From: Eubacteriales bacterium
GTDB taxonomy: Bacteria; Bacillota; Clostridia; Oscillospirales; CAG-272
Reading direction: 5' to 3'
Assembly (NCBI GenBank): GCA_045656745.1
Contig: JAZORT010000028.1
Coordinates: 8,862-72,861 of the forward strand
DNA: 64,000 nucleotides
Shown piece by piece: positions 61,336 to 64,000 of this stretch; the stretch's first letter is position 1, and each line of letters begins with the position of its first letter. The notes beneath the pieces were generated by a model. The model was not told the DNA's origin. It searched no databases and was given only the letters and a program-made list of their open reading frames with translations. The position numbers and the translations under genes are program-made.

Positions 61336-63516
61336 TTACCACTTGCAAACATTGCCAAACTCGTCGTAATACCAATATCTTCCTCCCTCTTGGGGCTCGG
61401 TTGCAGAGTAGAAGTAAAGGTTATTGGTAAGCTTGATTTTTTCAAGGAAGGTATTATCACCGATAAGGGCATCATACTGCTCAGAGGTACCGGTGTAGTA
61501 AACCTCTTCAATAGTGCCCGAATCACAGAATGCAAAGCTTGAAATATGCTTAACATCAGCGAAGATAACGAGATAAGATACAAGCTCACCGTTCAGGTAG
61601 AGATCGCCCTTGTTGTACAAGGGGCTGGCAAAGGTGTTGCCGAAGCTTATTGCATACCACTTGTTAATATCATCGATATAAACGCTCTTGATCTGTTCAC
61701 ACCCGTTAAATGCATTCTCGCCTATCTTATAAACAGACGAAGGGATAACAACGGAAACAAGCGAGGTACAGTTTTCAAAAGCACCGTTTCCGATGCGAAC
61801 AACGCTTTCGGTAATCTCTACGGACTTGATAGCGCTGCATTCCGCAAACGCCATATCCGAGATATACTTAACGGTAAGAGGAAGATGTATTTCATCAAGG
61901 CTGATACAACCGTTGAATGCGGCGGTCTCAATTCCCTCAAGGGCATCGCCAAGGTCGATTTCAAGAAGGCTTGTGCAGCCTCTGAATGCGTATTTCTCGA
62001 TATAAACAACACCTGCGGGAAGAGTAACCTCGGAAAGTGAGCTGCAACCGTCAAATGCTGCGTGAGCAACAACGAGGAGAGACTCGGGCAAGGTAAGGTT
62101 CTTCAAAGCAGCGCATCCTGCGAAAGCTCCGTCACCAATGTCGGTAAGAGTGCCGTTTATCTTTGCGGTTTGAAGAGCGATACACTCGGCAAAGACATAG
62201 TCACCCATAGCAATAAGGTTTTTGGGAATATTTACGGTTTTAAGATGATCATAACCGTAGAACTGATATGAGGAGATTGCAGTGACAGAGGAAGGAAGAT
62301 TAAGCTCCTTTAACACCTTGTTTGAAACATAGAGCTCCGCGCTGCCGCTTACGGGGTTTGCGCCACCGTTTTCAAAGGAGATAGCAAGCCAGCTCTCCAA
62401 TGAGGGGATATAAACCGACTTCATACTATAGGTCTCGGCAAATGCATCATAACCGACAAAGCCAAGCTTGTTACCAAGCTTTACAGAGCTGAGAGAGGCG
62501 CAATCAGCAAAGGCTTCTCTGCCAATAACCTCAACCTTAGAGACGTCGGAGATGGTTTCAAGGGCGTAGCAATCAAGGAACGCCTTCGCACCGATAACCT
62601 TTACGTCAGAGGCGAATTTAACCGACTTGAGGGCTTCGCAGCCCGCAAAGAGAGATGCGCTGATTACGGTGATGCTTTCGGGGAGCTCGGCAGAGGTGAG
62701 TGACAGACATCCCTCAAAGACACCCTCGCCGATAGTAACGATATTACCGTTAAGCTCTATTTCCTGAAGTGAGGCACAGTTTTCAAAGGCGCGGTCACCG
62801 ATAGCACTTACATTATTAAAATATATGTAAGAAAGAGCGGTGCATCCGCTGAAAGCGCGCTTGCCGATAGTTTTTACAGTATCGGGGATATAAACTACCT
62901 CAATAGCATCGCATCCCGCAAAGGCGCCCTCAGAAATACCGACAACAGTATAACCGCCTATATTCTCGGGAACGAGCATTTCATCGGAAAGAGCCTGGAA
63001 AACGCGGTCGATAGTGCAGGTTTTGTCAGCCTCGTTAACCGAGAAGAGAATTTCCTGCATTCCCCAAGCGGGAAGATATTCGCTAACGAAAGAATCATTG
63101 CAATTTTCGCAAGTGTAGGTGGTGTAACCGACCTGATCATAGGTTGGCTCAAACACCTCAGCAACATATTCGTGGCCGAGAGCGGGGATAACCTGACGGT
63201 CAAGCTCCTTATTACAAGCCTTACACTTTCTGTACTTTGCACCGTCGTTTTCACAATCGGGGTCAACGGTTACCCAGCTGCCAACCGAGTGACCGGGAGT
63301 TGTAACAGACTCAATCTGCACCTCGCCGCACTCACAGCTTCTTGTCTTGAGGCCGTCGGTCTCGCAAGTTACCTTACGAAGAGTGGTCCACTCCGAAAAC
63401 GCGTGTATATGATCGAGCGGTGCCTCGGGCAAGGGAGGATTTTTCTCCTTTGCGCAGGATGCTAAAAGCAACGCCGCAACTGATATGCTTAATAAAAACA
63501 AAAAGCTTTTTTTCAT
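61336..63516 (-). CDS. surface lipoprotein with N-terminal Cys-rich repeats and BspA-type leucine-rich repeats
   Basis: MKKSFLFLLSISVAALLLASC gives a signal peptide plus lipobox. Cys-rich repeats such as HAFSEWTTLRKVTCETDGLKTRSCECG occur about three times. Many LRR_5-like units follow (IPDTVKTIGKRAFSGCTALSYIYF, LPESITVISASLFAGCEALKSVKF ...). Confidence 0.85.
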   Translation of the reverse strand: MKKSFLFLLSISVAALLLASCAKEKNPPLPEAPLDHIHAFSEWTTLRKVTCETDGLKTRSCECGEVQIESVTTPGHSVGSWVTVDPDCENDGAKYRKCKACNKELDRQVIPALGHEYVAEVFEPTYDQVGYTTYTCENCNDSFVSEYLPAWGMQEILFSVNEADKTCTIDRVFQALSDEMLVPENIGGYTVVGISEGAFAGCDAIEVVYIPDTVKTIGKRAFSGCTALSYIYFNNVSAIGDRAFENCASLQEIELNGNIVTIGEGVFEGCLSLTSAELPESITVISASLFAGCEALKSVKFASDVKVIGAKAFLDCYALETISDVSKVEVIGREAFADCASLSSVKLGNKLGFVGYDAFAETYSMKSVYIPSLESWLAISFENGGANPVSGSAELYVSNKVLKELNLPSSVTAISSYQFYGYDHLKTVNIPKNLIAMGDYVFAECIALQTAKINGTLTDIGDGAFAGCAALKNLTLPESLLVVAHAAFDGCSSLSEVTLPAGVVYIEKYAFRGCTSLLEIDLGDALEGIETAAFNGCISLDEIHLPLTVKYISDMAFAECSAIKSVEITESVVRIGNGAFENCTSLVSVVIPSSVYKIGENAFNGCEQIKSVYIDDINKWYAISFGNTFASPLYNKGDLYLNGELVSYLVIFADVKHISSFAFCDSGTIEEVYYTGTSEQYDALIGDNTFLEKIKLTNNLYFYSATEPQEGGRYWYYDEFGNVCKW

Positions 63517-63657
63517 TTTAATGTCCTACCGAATTTGGAAATATTGAAAAACAAACAAATTTTGTATATGTTTTATATAATTATATTAACATAAATTATC
63601 CGTTCTGTCAATATTTATTAAATTATTTTTTCATCTTTTTAAATATTTGGTCGTTTA

Positions 63658-64000
63658 TTAATTGAAGCTTATTTTTCCGCCGAGGGATGAAATCTTTTCT
63701 TCAAGAAGCTCGTATCCGCGAAGTATTCTTTCGGGATAATATATTTCGCTCTCCCCTTTCGCGCAAAGGGCGCACAAGAGACAGGCAATTCCTCCGCGAA
63801 GGTCGGGGGAGCGGGCGGAGGCCGGGCGAAATACCGAGGGGTAGATGCGTGCGCTTCCCTCTCTGCGCTCGGAATTCAGACCAAAACAGGAAAGCTCGTC
63901 AAGATAGCCGAATCTTTCGGGAAAGACTTCATCAAAGACCTCACCTCCGCTATGGGCGGCAAGAATTACCGAGGCGATCGGCTGAAGGTCGGTGGGAAAT
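63658..64000 (-). CDS. murA: UDP-N-acetylglucosamine 1-carboxyvinyltransferase, C-terminal part (gene continues past the right edge)
   Basis: Hand translation of the reverse strand: FPTDLQPIASVILAAHSGGEVFDEVFPERFGYLDELSCFGLNSERREGSARIYPSVFRPASARSPDLRGGIACLLCALCAKGESEIYYPERILRGYELLEEKISSLGGKISFN, stop at 63658-63660. It matches the MurA C-terminal blocks (FPTD.Q, DLRGG, RGYE). Confidence 0.75.
   Translation of the reverse strand, partial: FPTDLQPIASVILAAHSGGEVFDEVFPERFGYLDELSCFGLNSERREGSARIYPSVFRPASARSPDLRGGIACLLCALCAKGESEIYYPERILRGYELLEEKISSLGGKISFN

Noticed and set aside
1-64000. Prophage, integrative element, transposon, CRISPR-Cas or restriction-modification system
   Set aside because: No integrase, transposase, capsid/terminase, cas, methyltransferase or toxin-antitoxin-like ORFs are present. 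The only mobility hints are the short repeat scars near 7.1 kb and 43.7 kb and the A+T-rich block at 12.7-13.6 kb.

Overview
The window looks like a chromosomal segment of a Gram-positive anaerobe, probably Firmicutes/Clostridia. This is inferred from gene content, GGAGG-type ribosome-binding sites and tightly packed operons. The right third (about 43.8-64 kb) is mostly housekeeping: tRNA-Val, an LMW tyrosine phosphatase, trmL, secA, a membrane redox module, a CE4-like deacetylase, cysE, a large SF1 helicase, yajC and the 3' end of murA. The left two thirds are accessory, carbohydrate-type loci under four AraC-family regulators: a GH32/fructokinase pair, a divergent pdxK/PdxR-like pair, and a seven-gene reverse-strand hydrolase/esterase operon. 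I saw no ABC transporter, transposase, integrase, CRISPR array or rRNA anywhere in the window. The most unusual part is the locus at about 22.9-43.5 kb. It holds three secreted proteins built from a roughly 210-aa beta-sandwich module present 8 times in the window. It also holds three copies of a prenyltransferase/terpene-cyclase-like alpha/alpha-toroid domain, one of them embedded in an 1845-aa lipoprotein. A set of leaderless enzymes of unclear specificity completes it. Two unannotated, paralogous 44-45-codon ORFs with strong SD sites sit directly upstream of two paralogous secreted protein genes. Further candidates are a roughly 430-nt promoter-to-terminator non-coding unit, a structured terminator-containing 5' leader, and a duplicated element beside tRNA-Val. 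All family assignments are motif recognition by eye and need HMM or BLAST confirmation.
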